A DNA stretch of 64,000 nucleotides from a virus, in the IMG/VR virus record IMGVR_UViG_3300049427_000004, positions 1 to 64,000 of that record; one strand, written 5' to 3'. The notes under the pieces were generated by a model. It searched no databases. It was given only the letters and a program-made list of their open reading frames with translations, and was not told where the DNA came from. Within the stretch, counting starts at the first letter, position 1. Each line of letters starts with the position of its first letter. The position numbers and the translations under genes were made by a program. Shown here in pieces: positions 52,358-63,405 of the stretch.

Positions 52358-53936
52358 TTATGCAAGAGAAATAATTTTACAGCTTCATTTATTTAAATAT
52401 ATATGTATTTTTAATTTTTTTGTTTATAAAATCATGCTTTCGTTGGCTACCATTCGCCTGTTTCATGAAATTCATCAATGCACGGATAGCAATAAATCAT
52501 ATCCTCATTTTCGTCGGATGAATATGGAGCTTTTGATTCCATATTTTTCGGTTCTAAACAATGGTCGCAAATAAAATCATACTTCTTATTCTTCTCATTT
52601 AAGTATTTGTCCTTATTATTTTCGATATAATTCATTGTTTTTTTAATACTCATAACTCGTCACCTCCTCATGAAAGCTATGTTTTATCATCTATAAGTCC
52701 TTCAATTTCAATTATGAAATCATCGGAATATTTTTCGAAAAATGATAATTCATATTTATATCTAGTCCTCTCCCAAAACGGGCATTTAATTACACCAGCA
52801 AAATATGTCCCTCTGTATTGGGCAGCTTCTTTGTTTTTACACCACCAAGTACCAATTCCGCCTTCGCAATGAAGACAATCATAACATGATTTCTTATTGT
52901 TATCTGCCTTGCCATTTACAATCACTTTTTTAAACGTTTTCTTCCCCCTATTAAATTGTGCTAAATATATAATCTGTCTTCAGTTACCATATCAGATAAA
53001 CTAACTCCGTCAACCAACAATTTATCCAATAATGCTCTTGCTTCTTCAATGCGTAAGGATTTAGTCTCTTTGTTTTGTCGGTAAGTATATTTCTTCTGAA
53101 GGTTTTGCTTAGATTGGTTTAGAAATTCAGGTATATTATTCATCATTTCACCGACACTCCATCCTCATGAAACATTCATTTGCTACTTCCAACGATCAAT
53201 CCACTTATAGAAATCCATGATGTTGCAAATTCCTAAAATGTGTCCACCGTCTGGATTCTCAATGTACTTCAAGCTATCAGTTTTGAGTGAGATATCCTCG
53301 ATACGTCTGATTGAAATTCCATCTGTATATGATTCGCCAACTACTAAGTCAAATGGTTCTGTGTATGGCATTTTTTCACCTTCCTAATGAAACAGAGTTT
53401 TTAACCGATGTATTTGTGCCATAGCGCAGCAAATGTTTTTGACCATTTACCATTTTTAAATTCATATCCATCAATGTATATTTTATTATTAATTGTTGTA
53501 ATGCTGAAACCCATCATATTTTCATGAAACGGAATTATCTTATCACCAAACACAACAACTCTTTTGTGCTGATTAACAAAAACTGATCCATTAATAAAAG
53601 CACCCACTTTACACCTCGATCCCAATTAATAAGTTTTTATGATCTCATTTTATCTCAAATGATATTGCTGCTGGCTTATTGCTCTCATACAGTTCCATGT
53701 GTTGCTCAACAAATTTATCCCATACTGTAGCCGTTAGTTCATATTGCCCATCTACTTCTTCTGCATCAGTAACAATACCAATCGCCTTGGAATTATCGTT
53801 AATATCTGCACTGAATCCAAAGCCCTTAACAGTTTTGTCTAGAACAGGAAGATTGATATAATCTCTCAGACTTCCATTTTTATTAACCTTCACTTTAATT
53901 ATCATGTACACTTCCCTCTCTACATGAAACCGATAT

Positions 53937-54587
53937 TTAATATGTTTTTATATATTTTCTTTTTATGTATTTTTTAACATCAAATCTTATCCATTGATAA
54001 ATTGCCAGATATCTTTCTCTAACAAAGAATGATTGGGTTTTATACCATTCGTTGAGTGTGTATTCTCCTTTTGAACTGTTACAACTATTACAAGCAGGAA
54101 TGCAATTTTTCAGGTCGTTCCTACCGTCAAAAACAACATGATCTCTATGTAAATCTTTATTCGTTTCTTTTTTATTTTCTTCCCAAGACTTGCCACAATA
54201 GGCACATCTGAAATTGAAGTACAATCTGCAATCATACCATTCTCTATCGGTTATCTTGTGTACCTTTGGCTTTCTATCTTTTGTATATTGTCTAGTCTTA
54301 TCTCTGTTGTTTTGCTGCCAATTTAAATATTTTCCACTTTTCCTGTGCTCTTCATTTGCTTTTTTATGTATAATTTTATGCCTTGGGTCTTTATTTCTTT
54401 TTGAATAAATCGTTTTCCATTTTTCAGGATTTCTCTCAATCCATTTAGATGCTTTCATGGCGGTACACTTCTTACATTCGGGATGATAATAGATATACTC
54501 GCCTTTAACTGTAGAATTTTTCTTGTAAGAATAAAAGTCTGATAATTTTTTGTGAGTGCCACAAACTGAACAATTTTTTGATTCTAT
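53937..54587 (-). CDS. Free-standing HNH endonuclease with N-terminal zinc finger, probable ATA start
   Basis: CAYCG...HRDH...NCIPACNSCNSSK; frame stays open upstream to ATA 54587 and encodes CSVC...CKKC. Confidence 0.8.
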   Translation of the reverse strand: MESKNCSVCGTHKKLSDFYSYKKNSTVKGEYIYYHPECKKCTAMKASKWIERNPEKWKTIYSKRNKDPRHKIIHKKANEEHRKSGKYLNWQQNNRDKTRQYTKDRKPKVHKITDREWYDCRLYFNFRCAYCGKSWEENKKETNKDLHRDHVVFDGRNDLKNCIPACNSCNSSKGEYTLNEWYKTQSFFVRERYLAIYQWIRFDVKKYIKRKYIKTY

Positions 54588-54867
54588 TTTTCATCTCTCC
54601 TTTCGTGATCCAATAATAGATTTATTTCAACTGAATCCTATCGTCGCATTTATTTATCAAATTGTTAAGTTGTTCTTAATAATTAGTACAATCCCTGTGC
54701 CAGACATCCAATTCTTCATGTGACATTTCAGTATCTGGGTTTTGAAAATATATAAACAAGTGACGTAACCTTCTTAAAGTTGTATCGATTTCAGTAAAAA
54801 ATTTTTCATCTGTGTTTACAGTGAACATCGAACTTACCTCCCTTCTTTACCCCATTAAACACTTGAT

Positions 54868-55101
54868 TTATAGCCTTTCTGTCCACACAAATCGCTTACC
54901 TTTGCATTTTAATGCTTGTCGAATCCATGTCTCCGAATCTCTTCTAGAATAAATATTATGACTATTCTCAAAGATCGCTTCATCACCTTTTAAAATTTCT
55001 AAATCGAATAGATGTTCACTTACTGCTGGAGAATATCTACGATTTAAATTAATGATATAAGTAAGTCCTTTGACAACTATCTCTGATTTCCATCTATCCA
55101 T
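54868..55101 (-). CDS. Hypothetical protein (77 aa)
   Basis: The MDRWKSE... translation is read from the minus strand, although the track labels it +; AAGGAG RBS. Confidence 0.7.
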   Translation of the reverse strand: MDRWKSEIVVKGLTYIINLNRRYSPAVSEHLFDLEILKGDEAIFENSHNIYSRRDSETWIRQALKCKGKRFVWTERL

Positions 55102-56514
55102 GCTCTCACTCCTTTTAAAGTTGTTGTTTCGTTACGAATGATACTTCTCTGTTGGTTCATTTAAAACCCATTCCAGAATGTCGATTTGAAGTCTGATTTC
55201 TTCCATATTAAATTTCTTCTGTAGCTCTTTAAGTTGAATCAGTTTTGTTTTAACTTGATCCGCAGTTCTCATTACTTATTCACCTCATGAATTTATCTTC
55301 TCATTAATAATCCATTTCGATTATTACTAATGCGTATGAATAAATATCCCCATCTTTTATAATCTGATTATATTTGATGTCAATCAATTTGAACTCATTT
55401 TCATTCTCATGGTTACTGAGAAATATGTTAATATCATCATGTATTCCTCTTCCATACTTGCTCACAAATTCCTTAGTCCTAATTCTTTTCATATCATTCT
55501 CTCCTTCATGAAATTAACCATTTATCGCCTCTAGTCTCTTACTAATTCAGATATTTCCCCTAGGTCTGCTCCATTCATAACTGCCTCTATTGCCATTATT
55601 AGTGCATCCCAATCATAATTTCGTTGAACGGTGTCAATAATTAAATCTTGGAACTCACTACCTTCTGTTTCGTCATATGCTTCATGAGTGTAACCCTTTT
55701 TTATAAGATAGTCTTCAAGTTCTTTAACCATTTGATTCGATTTTTGAGCGTGTTCTGTCATTTTGCGAATATGAATTCTCCATGATTCAGGTAGTTGTTT
55801 CATTTAATTATCCTCCTTATAAAACTAGTCTTTCATTGCCTTATTTTCATCCACTATAGCCTTAATTTTTCTTAGCTGTTCTAAAGTGTATTTTGATTTT
55901 CCATAACCACTGAATGCTGTCCTAATGTCTGAATGCAGATCGTTAGATTCATCTTCATCTAAGATGTCTTGTTTTGAAAGATACAAAGTCCAATCGGCAA
56001 TATAGCCACCCATTTCTTGACTAAGGTCTTCAATATGAAACTTCAGAGGCCTATATCCATTCCCAACTTCAAAGTACTTTCGTCCGACTTTTGAAATAGT
56101 TTCTTCTCTGATAAAGACTTCCTTTCGACCTCTGGCATTATTGCCCACTGCTTTTAAAAAAACCTGTTGCCCTACTTCAAGTTTCATATATGTTCACTCC
56201 CTCATAAAATAACCATTTCAAGACCTTTTTTCACCTATATATAGTTAATATTCATATTGATATAACTACATATAGTATGTCTTTTGTTTATTTACTGCTT
56301 ATGTTCTTCTCTAAACTTTCTGATGCACTCCAGCAGCTGACTCTCTTCCATATTCCAAATTTCAGTTCGAGTTTTTCTATTGTTGTATATGAAAATATTG
56401 TCCATCAATTGACCGAATCTCATGTCAGGGAAGTCTCTCCAACACTCTTCAATTGCTTTAGTTACGGCATGAATCCGCTCAGGATCGCGCATATGTATTA
56501 CCTCCAAAAACTGA

Positions 56515-56575
56515 ATGTGCTACAATTTCCCTTATTCGTAAGTTCATTGTAGCACATCGCTGTTTATATGGTCAA
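56515..56575 (-). promoter_or_regulatory. sigmaA-like promoter whose -10 is one arm of a 12-bp inverted repeat
   Basis: TTGACC-18-TACAAT with TG extension; ATGTGCTACAAT-N19-ATTGTAGCACAT. Confidence 0.55.
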
Positions 56576-56607
56576 TAATTATGTATTTGTTTTTGATAAT
56601 TTATTTA

Positions 56608-57231
56608 TTATTCTTTGTTCAATGTCCAGTCACATTTCTCAGGACGTTCAATAAGTTGAATAAATTCTAATGGTTGACCAGCGTCATCCACATAAAACAG
56701 TTTACCATCAATATTAGTCTGTTTCAGAATTTTTTTGTAATCTCCCCATCTAACTTCTTCTTTAATGAAGTCAGGGCTGTTTTCTTTTACAAACTGTACA
56801 AAACTAGGATCGTCTTTAGCTTTGGATACTTCTTTACCGTTAACAAGAATCTCTGGCTGTTGTTTTTTGAACGTTAAGCTGCGAGTGGGTAATTTAATCG
56901 TAGAACTAATTTTCTTAGCTTTATTCGCTTTCTCCTCATCAATGACTCGCAGTTGATAAGCATGAAGGTGCTGTTTGAAAAACTCAATATCATTCACATG
57001 CTTTTTAGCAGCTGACTCTTTCCATAGATCCATCTTTGCTTTAAACGAATCCATACGCTCATTGTAAATTTGCTCAATTTCTTCTACTTTCTTTTCTTTC
57101 TCGACTAGGATTCCATCTACCCAAACAGCCATTCCATAATCATAAACTCCCCATGCTTGATCTTGTTGCAGTTGGTAAACCTCATCGTCCTCAAGTAGTG
57201 CTTCTTCAATTTGTTGATTGTAAGTTGTCAT
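56608..57231 (-). CDS. Mu Gam-like host-nuclease inhibitor
   Basis: Coiled coil followed by TIKLPTRSLTFKKQQP and ...IKEEVRWGDYKK pattern. Confidence 0.75.
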   Translation of the reverse strand: MTTYNQQIEEALLEDDEVYQLQQDQAWGVYDYGMAVWVDGILVEKEKKVEEIEQIYNERMDSFKAKMDLWKESAAKKHVNDIEFFKQHLHAYQLRVIDEEKANKAKKISSTIKLPTRSLTFKKQQPEILVNGKEVSKAKDDPSFVQFVKENSPDFIKEEVRWGDYKKILKQTNIDGKLFYVDDAGQPLEFIQLIERPEKCDWTLNKE

Positions 57232-59432
57232 AATTTATTAATCTCCCTTTTTTTTGTTTTCATCATAATACTCTCGTTTCAAGACCTTTGCGATTCAATA
57301 AATTTCTTGATTTCTGTCAATTCTCTCATATTTCTTTTATAGAGCAGTGCAACGCACGCATCATGTATAGCATTAAGTTGTTCTTCAAAGTCTTTTCTTA
57401 GTGAAGAAGGACAGTCTAATTGATCTGGAGTAGCACAGTGAAATGCTTCTTCACTATCGGTACAACATGTTCCTTCATAATTCCAGTAGCATAAATCATT
57501 AGCGCAATTCATTTATTTTCTCCCTTCGAAATTACAATTTTAAAAGCTCTATCTATTATCTTTCAGTGTAAAAGAATCGCATGTGTCTGCTTCCACTAGT
57601 GTGTTCAATGCAAACTTCAATTCTCCACAGTATGGGACAAATGTATTCTCGTTCCCTGTATTCCTGATTCTTACCCAAGTTGAGTGAATACAATCGGAAC
57701 ATTCTTTCTTTGCAGCTTCATCTGGAAAGTTCTTTGTAAACTCCTGCTGGAGTAATTCCCAATCACTTAACTCTTTCATTTTACATCTCCTAATAAATTC
57801 ACGATTTTAAAGTAACTTTTCTTGTACTATTTCCCATGCTTTAACTCCATCTTCATATGCATTTGGATAATTTTGTGCGTAGAGGGAATTATCTCGTTTA
57901 ATTCCATCGAATCCAGCAGCAAAAGATTGAACGTAATTGTCGGTTAGTTCTTGTTCTAAATAATCTTCGACATAGCGTCCGTCTTCGCACATAAATTGAT
58001 AAACTGCACCCAAAGCACAAGCACATCCTTCCTTTGGAAAGAAATCTCCACGCATTGGTTTTAATCCTGTAGCCCTGTACGCTTCAATCACTAGCTCTGG
58101 ATAGACTTGTTTCATATTTTCATCTCCCTTTGAATTTCTCATTTTATAGGCTTTTCGAAATAGCATTTTTACGTTTTATCAATTCCTCTATTTGACCATC
58201 AATGAAATTGATCTGTTCGAGAATATGTTCATTCTCATTGATGCCAATTTCTTTATTCCATTCTTCTTCTAGTCTCCAAAGGTCTCTTTCTAGACCTAAA
58301 AATGTTCCATGAGCTACATTTTTAGTTTTTGAAACATTAAATGAAGGGGTGTAAGAGTCGCAATGAATCCCACAGCAATTATGGATTGGATTATATTCTT
58401 TATCAGATGAGCTACAATCGCAATAACTACCACTCATATTATTACTTGATAATGAGATATGATAATTGAACCTATCTTGATTTGTGTCCATATAGTAAAT
58501 TGAGACAGTGCCATCACTATACCCTTCTGACTGATCAGGTTCATAATGAAAATAGCAGTCATTTGATTCATATGTATTAATTAATTCCTCTAATTTATCT
58601 ATGTTTTGCTCTATGGTGTAAAAATAAGGATACATATCTACCCTTTCATCTTTCTGAACTTTAATCATAAAAGACTTCAAGTGTGTTAAAAATTTAGTCA
58701 TTCAATCTCTCCTTTGGAATGGAAATTTTTCTTTGCTCTTTCACTAGCTGCAATCCTATTCTTCTCGCTCATTACTCGTTTTTTACCTGATCTGAATGAA
58801 ACTTGACTAAAGTCCAACTCATACTTGTGTTGACCATCACTCAAAATCTCTATAGGCTCAACATTAACTCGCTTCAATTTATTGATAACTTTAGATTGAT
58901 AAGTACTTAATTTCCAAATTCCTGATTCATCGTCTGACTGGAGTACACTTTCACGCTCTGCTGCTGAATATGAAATAATAATCACCATTCCTTTGAAATG
59001 TCGTTTTTATGGCCTATTTGAAAGCCTTAAATCCTAATGTGAAACTCCAGTATAGGAAATTAATATATAGATAAACCTCTTTGTAATGCCCATAGTCCTC
59101 AGATGCTATATTTCCACCAAATGACCATCTATCAAAATTATGATCGCATCTTTGAAAATTAATGATTGGTTCAAATTTCAACTCGTATTACCTCCATTTT
59201 TTATTTATTAAAACTACCTATTTTACGTCTTATTGTAAAATCTCTTTTTTCAAGCAGCTTAAACTCTCAGTTCGTTCCTTAGTTTCTCGATCCAATTAGT
59301 CACCTCGTTTTATATTTTTGGTTTTAATGAATTTGAAGCACCATTTTCCGTTATCTTTGAGAAGTAATGATTTATCTCTTATGTATAGTCCTAATGCTAT
59401 GCAACTTATTCCCACCAAAGTCCAAGCAGCCA

Positions 59433-59777
59433 TTATGATACCTCGATTCCTTCAGCTTTCAGTAACAATTCACAAATGTTTTGAGATGTTGCTTCACTTA
59501 TATAATGCTTTCCATCATATAGCTTATCTAGCTTATCAATTAATTCAGGGTTAATTTCTTTTATAATATTGATCATTTTATAGCAGTCCTTAATATCTGT
59601 TGCCGGATTCCAAAAGTTAACTGGCTCAATGGCGATTCCTTGCTCATCCAACCAATATTCAGCAAAGTAAGGCAGTCCTCTATCATTGTTCTGAATTGTA
59701 GCTTTAGTCCATTTCATTAGCTTTTCACTTAATAAGTTATGAATTAACTTATAGTCGGTTTCCAATTCAATTGTCAT
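59433..59777 (-). CDS. BC1872-like / ABA-sandwich phage protein
   Basis: LMKW...WNPATDIKDCY pattern. Confidence 0.45.
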   Translation of the reverse strand: MTIELETDYKLIHNLLSEKLMKWTKATIQNNDRGLPYFAEYWLDEQGIAIEPVNFWNPATDIKDCYKMINIIKEINPELIDKLDKLYDGKHYISEATSQNICELLLKAEGIEVS

Positions 59778-61581
59778 CTCCTTATGAAAATGTGAATTTA
59801 TTTAGATTTCACTACTTCTAATTCTGAAATTTCTCTTTTGTTTAATGGTAAAACATGCTGTTCATATACGTTTCCGATGTCGTAATCAAATCCATACCTT
59901 TCACCACACACTTTACACTCCATAAAGGTTTCTTGCCCTGTTCCATCGCTGTCATAGTGTTCAAGTGAACCATCATCATTTACGTAATATTGATGTACTA
60001 CGCCATCAACTATGTGTAGCACCAGCCTTATGTCTTCTTCATTATGTTCATGTAGTATTTTACACCTTTCATTTTGACACGAAAATTTACTCATGATTCA
60101 CCTTACTTTCAATATTTATCTTACTATCAAAATATTCTTTTCCAGGGATTTCGTTAGAAGTGGCTTTACCACATTTTAAGCATCTGCTAATCGATCCTGA
60201 TTCAAATATGTCTTCGTTGCATATTATACATTTATCATTCAATTAAATACCACTTCCTCATAAATGTTCTCTTTCATCGAGCACTTTTTAATTTTTCAAT
60301 CTTATTGACCACTGCTTGAATAGATTCTTCTGATTCACGTTTAATTTCATCTAATTCATTTTCCAATTCTTTAATCTGTTTTGCGAAATGGAAATCAGGA
60401 TCAATTGTTACTGTATAGTATTTTTCATTTTCTGGTTTGATTTCTGCAAGAAATTCCAAGTTAGTAGCTCCATATTTAATTTGATTGAAATTTCCAAAAA
60501 GATAAGAATGACTGCTTATATTCTCTTGTTTTCGATCAATAGTTAGAGATGGCTGCTGCATAAAGGGAACGTCTATCGTACAAGGCTCACCGTTCCACAG
60601 TCCTCTAGCCTTAAGCGTGAAACCTTTTCCATCAACTCTTTTAGTGATATGTATTTCTTCAAATCCTACTCCACTATTATCTATGTTCATATGTCATTCT
60701 CCCTTTAAATTCCATCATTTATTTGATACTGTAAAGACTTAATAATTCATATTTAGTTTTAATCTGCATCTCATTTTTCCCTGCTCTATTCCAACTAAGA
60801 GCATCTTCCTCGCTCATTCTATTTCCTTCGCCATTATCCCATTCATGCAATCGTTGTTCTCCGTATTCCCTTTTGTACCATTCGCGATATGCTTCTAATG
60901 GCAAGGCATATGTAATCGGTGCATCAATTACACTTGACCAATGTAAATACAAATCTTCTTTAGTAACATCATCTTTTAAAACAAGTGTATATCTAGGCAT
61001 TTCCTCTTCTCCTTCCTGCCCAATGAATCCCGTATTTCTTCGGGTTAAATTTCCTCAGAATCAATTTCTATTTCGTCATTCTCACTTACCACTATAAGAT
61101 TTATTCCTTTTTCAATATATTGTGACCCTGACTCAGTGAAGCATGGCATTTTTCCATTTTGCATGACGTATCCATATCCTTCATAGAAATCATGACCATA
61201 ATGTGCTCTATTCCATGCAATATTTGCAGCATGGTCTTTTAGCGTTTTTAAATTTGTGAAATCCTCACGATAATCTTGCATCCACTTTTCATTTATTACA
61301 TTTTCATCAATTTCTATAATGTACTCATTAGTAGTAGTTACCACGCATTTAAAATTTTTCATTTAATCCTCCTGATATTTTCTTCTTTAAATCTTTACTC
61401 ATATCCTCAAAATAGTACCGTTGGTAATGAGAGTGGATTGTAATAATATCTTTCAACAATAATTCCTTCTTCATTTCGTCTGGTTCATTTAAGTAATCCT
61501 CACGTATTCTATCTAACATCTCTTGAGCAGTGATGGTCAATTTACCACTCCATTCTCCCTATAAATTCTTCATTTTATCTT

Positions 61582-61935
61582 CTAAATCTCCACAATCTTA
61601 ATTGCTTTTCCTTCAAATTTCATAATAAGAGAAACGGCATCCTCATTTCCAACCATATAGCAGCCGTCATATGCATCATATCGCACCACATTATCATCGG
61701 GATACTCTGGTTCTGTAGGCCATTCATCGTTATGTGATTTGCACTCACAAACTTCATTTTCTGTCTCATTAATAAAATCATAGTGACCGTGAGGAATATG
61801 GTATAATGTACTTTCTGTTGGATTACTGGCATTCATTCCAACAATAGTTCCATCAACAAGAATTCCACAAACATCAATTAATCTGCCTGATGGTAAACCA
61901 GATTGAGGTATAGTTACTTTTACTTGCTTGCTGAT
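61582..61935 (-). CDS. Hypothetical protein, probable ATC start
   Basis: GGAG 8 nt before in-frame ATC AGC AAG; the nearby ATG is out of frame. Confidence 0.55.
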   Translation of the reverse strand: MSKQVKVTIPQSGLPSGRLIDVCGILVDGTIVGMNASNPTESTLYHIPHGHYDFINETENEVCECKSHNDEWPTEPEYPDDNVVRYDAYDGCYMVGNEDAVSLIMKFEGKAIKIVEI

Positions 61936-62853
61936 ATTATCATCTCCATTCCCAATTAAATTTCCATTTCGTTGCCTTATTTAGACTGATTATATTGACT
62001 GATAATTTCTTCTCTAGATTTACCTAGCAGATCAAGGCAATGGTTGAGTAAAGTTAAATCAGAATGCTCTTCTTTTCTACAAAATCCACAACTGGTCTCC
62101 TGACTCCATCGGGAGCCTTCTGGAGTGTATCCCTCTTCCTCTCGTCTATATCCTTCTGATTCAGCACATTTGTCACTACACCAGTGTTCACCACATTCGC
62201 AGCCTACGTAATCACCACAATCAGGAAACGTATCGCTACATTTACTACACGCATACCAATCTACTCCCATTTACCTATCTCCTCTCATATTTACCTAATA
62301 AACTTCCAGTTTCAATGCCTTAATAATTGTACATTTTCCAAATTACATCCATTCTGTTCTTATCATTAATCTCTGAATTATTTAAAACATCTTCAACTTT
62401 TTTATTTTTATTAATAACCAAGAATAGATCTCCAAACTCATTCTCATATGTATTTTGACATTCATTTGAGTAATCCAATTCGCCTTCCCATGGCACATAG
62501 AAATCTTCACTAGTACCATCCTCGTAATGAACACCAACTGAGACAATATCTCTGGATTGTGTTATGCGTTCAAATTTATTCATCTCCCATTCTTCTTGAT
62601 CAAATGGCAGATATGATATATTATCATTCCTATTTATTGAAAGTGAAAAGTGTTCACAGCATCTCATTTTGCTAACTGAATTTACTGCAATCCTTCGAAT
62701 GCTGTCTTTGATTTCATCAATATGCAGATGACCTATTGACTTGCAGTCAATGGACATCACCTCGCAATTTTCAAACCCTAAATCGATATTTTTTATTTGT
62801 TTAAACAATATTTATTAGCCTCCTTTTTCCTCATAAATGTCAAGTTTCATTGC

Positions 62854-63405
62854 TTATTCTTCAAGCTTCTTAAGTACTACTGGAAACATAAAGGTTGCAA
62901 ATTTCTCCGAATATAGCTCTTGAAAATGATACTTATGTTCTGCATTAATTTCCGAATTACCTTTGAATATGATGTCTAGGAAATGATTGTTGATCTCATC
63001 TAATTTTAGAATACTTGCATATTCGCCTGAATCTTGTTTAAATTCCTCATAAAGTAGAATATGCCCTAATTCATGAATGAAATTATAAATAAGTAATGTT
63101 CCATCTGAAAATTCAACATCTATAGCTTTGAAAAATGCTAATACTTCTTCATTTGAGCCTGTGTATATTTCATCTCCAAAATATTCAAACATATTGGAGA
63201 ACAGCATAATTTCGTAAGAAAATGACTTATCTCTTTTAGTTTTAGGCCTCTTGACGGACATTTGAGCAAAAGGAGGATTAGATTTATTACTGTCATACCT
63301 CTGCTCTTTAGGATATTCATAAACGCCATAAGTTATATTTGCTTCCTGAAGGATAGGTTTTATTTCTCTTATTTGCTTTAAGACATTATCTAATACTGGT
63401 GTCAC
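62854..63405 (-). CDS. Zincin-like metallopeptidase (HExxH; ImmA/IrrE-like)
   Basis: FIHELGHILL with downstream ELYSEKFA. Confidence 0.6.
   Translation of the reverse strand: MTPVLDNVLKQIREIKPILQEANITYGVYEYPKEQRYDSNKSNPPFAQMSVKRPKTKRDKSFSYEIMLFSNMFEYFGDEIYTGSNEEVLAFFKAIDVEFSDGTLLIYNFIHELGHILLYEEFKQDSGEYASILKLDEINNHFLDIIFKGNSEINAEHKYHFQELYSEKFATFMFPVVLKKLEE

Noticed and set aside
54868-55101. A second plus-strand prophage gene, as labelled in the track
   Set aside because: The given translation is encoded on the minus strand.
4705-62369. The many 60-130-aa plus-strand ORFs (and nested minus-strand ORFs) overlapping longer genes
   Set aside because: Antisense or alternate-frame shadows with low-complexity Ser/Phe/Ile composition and no RBS.
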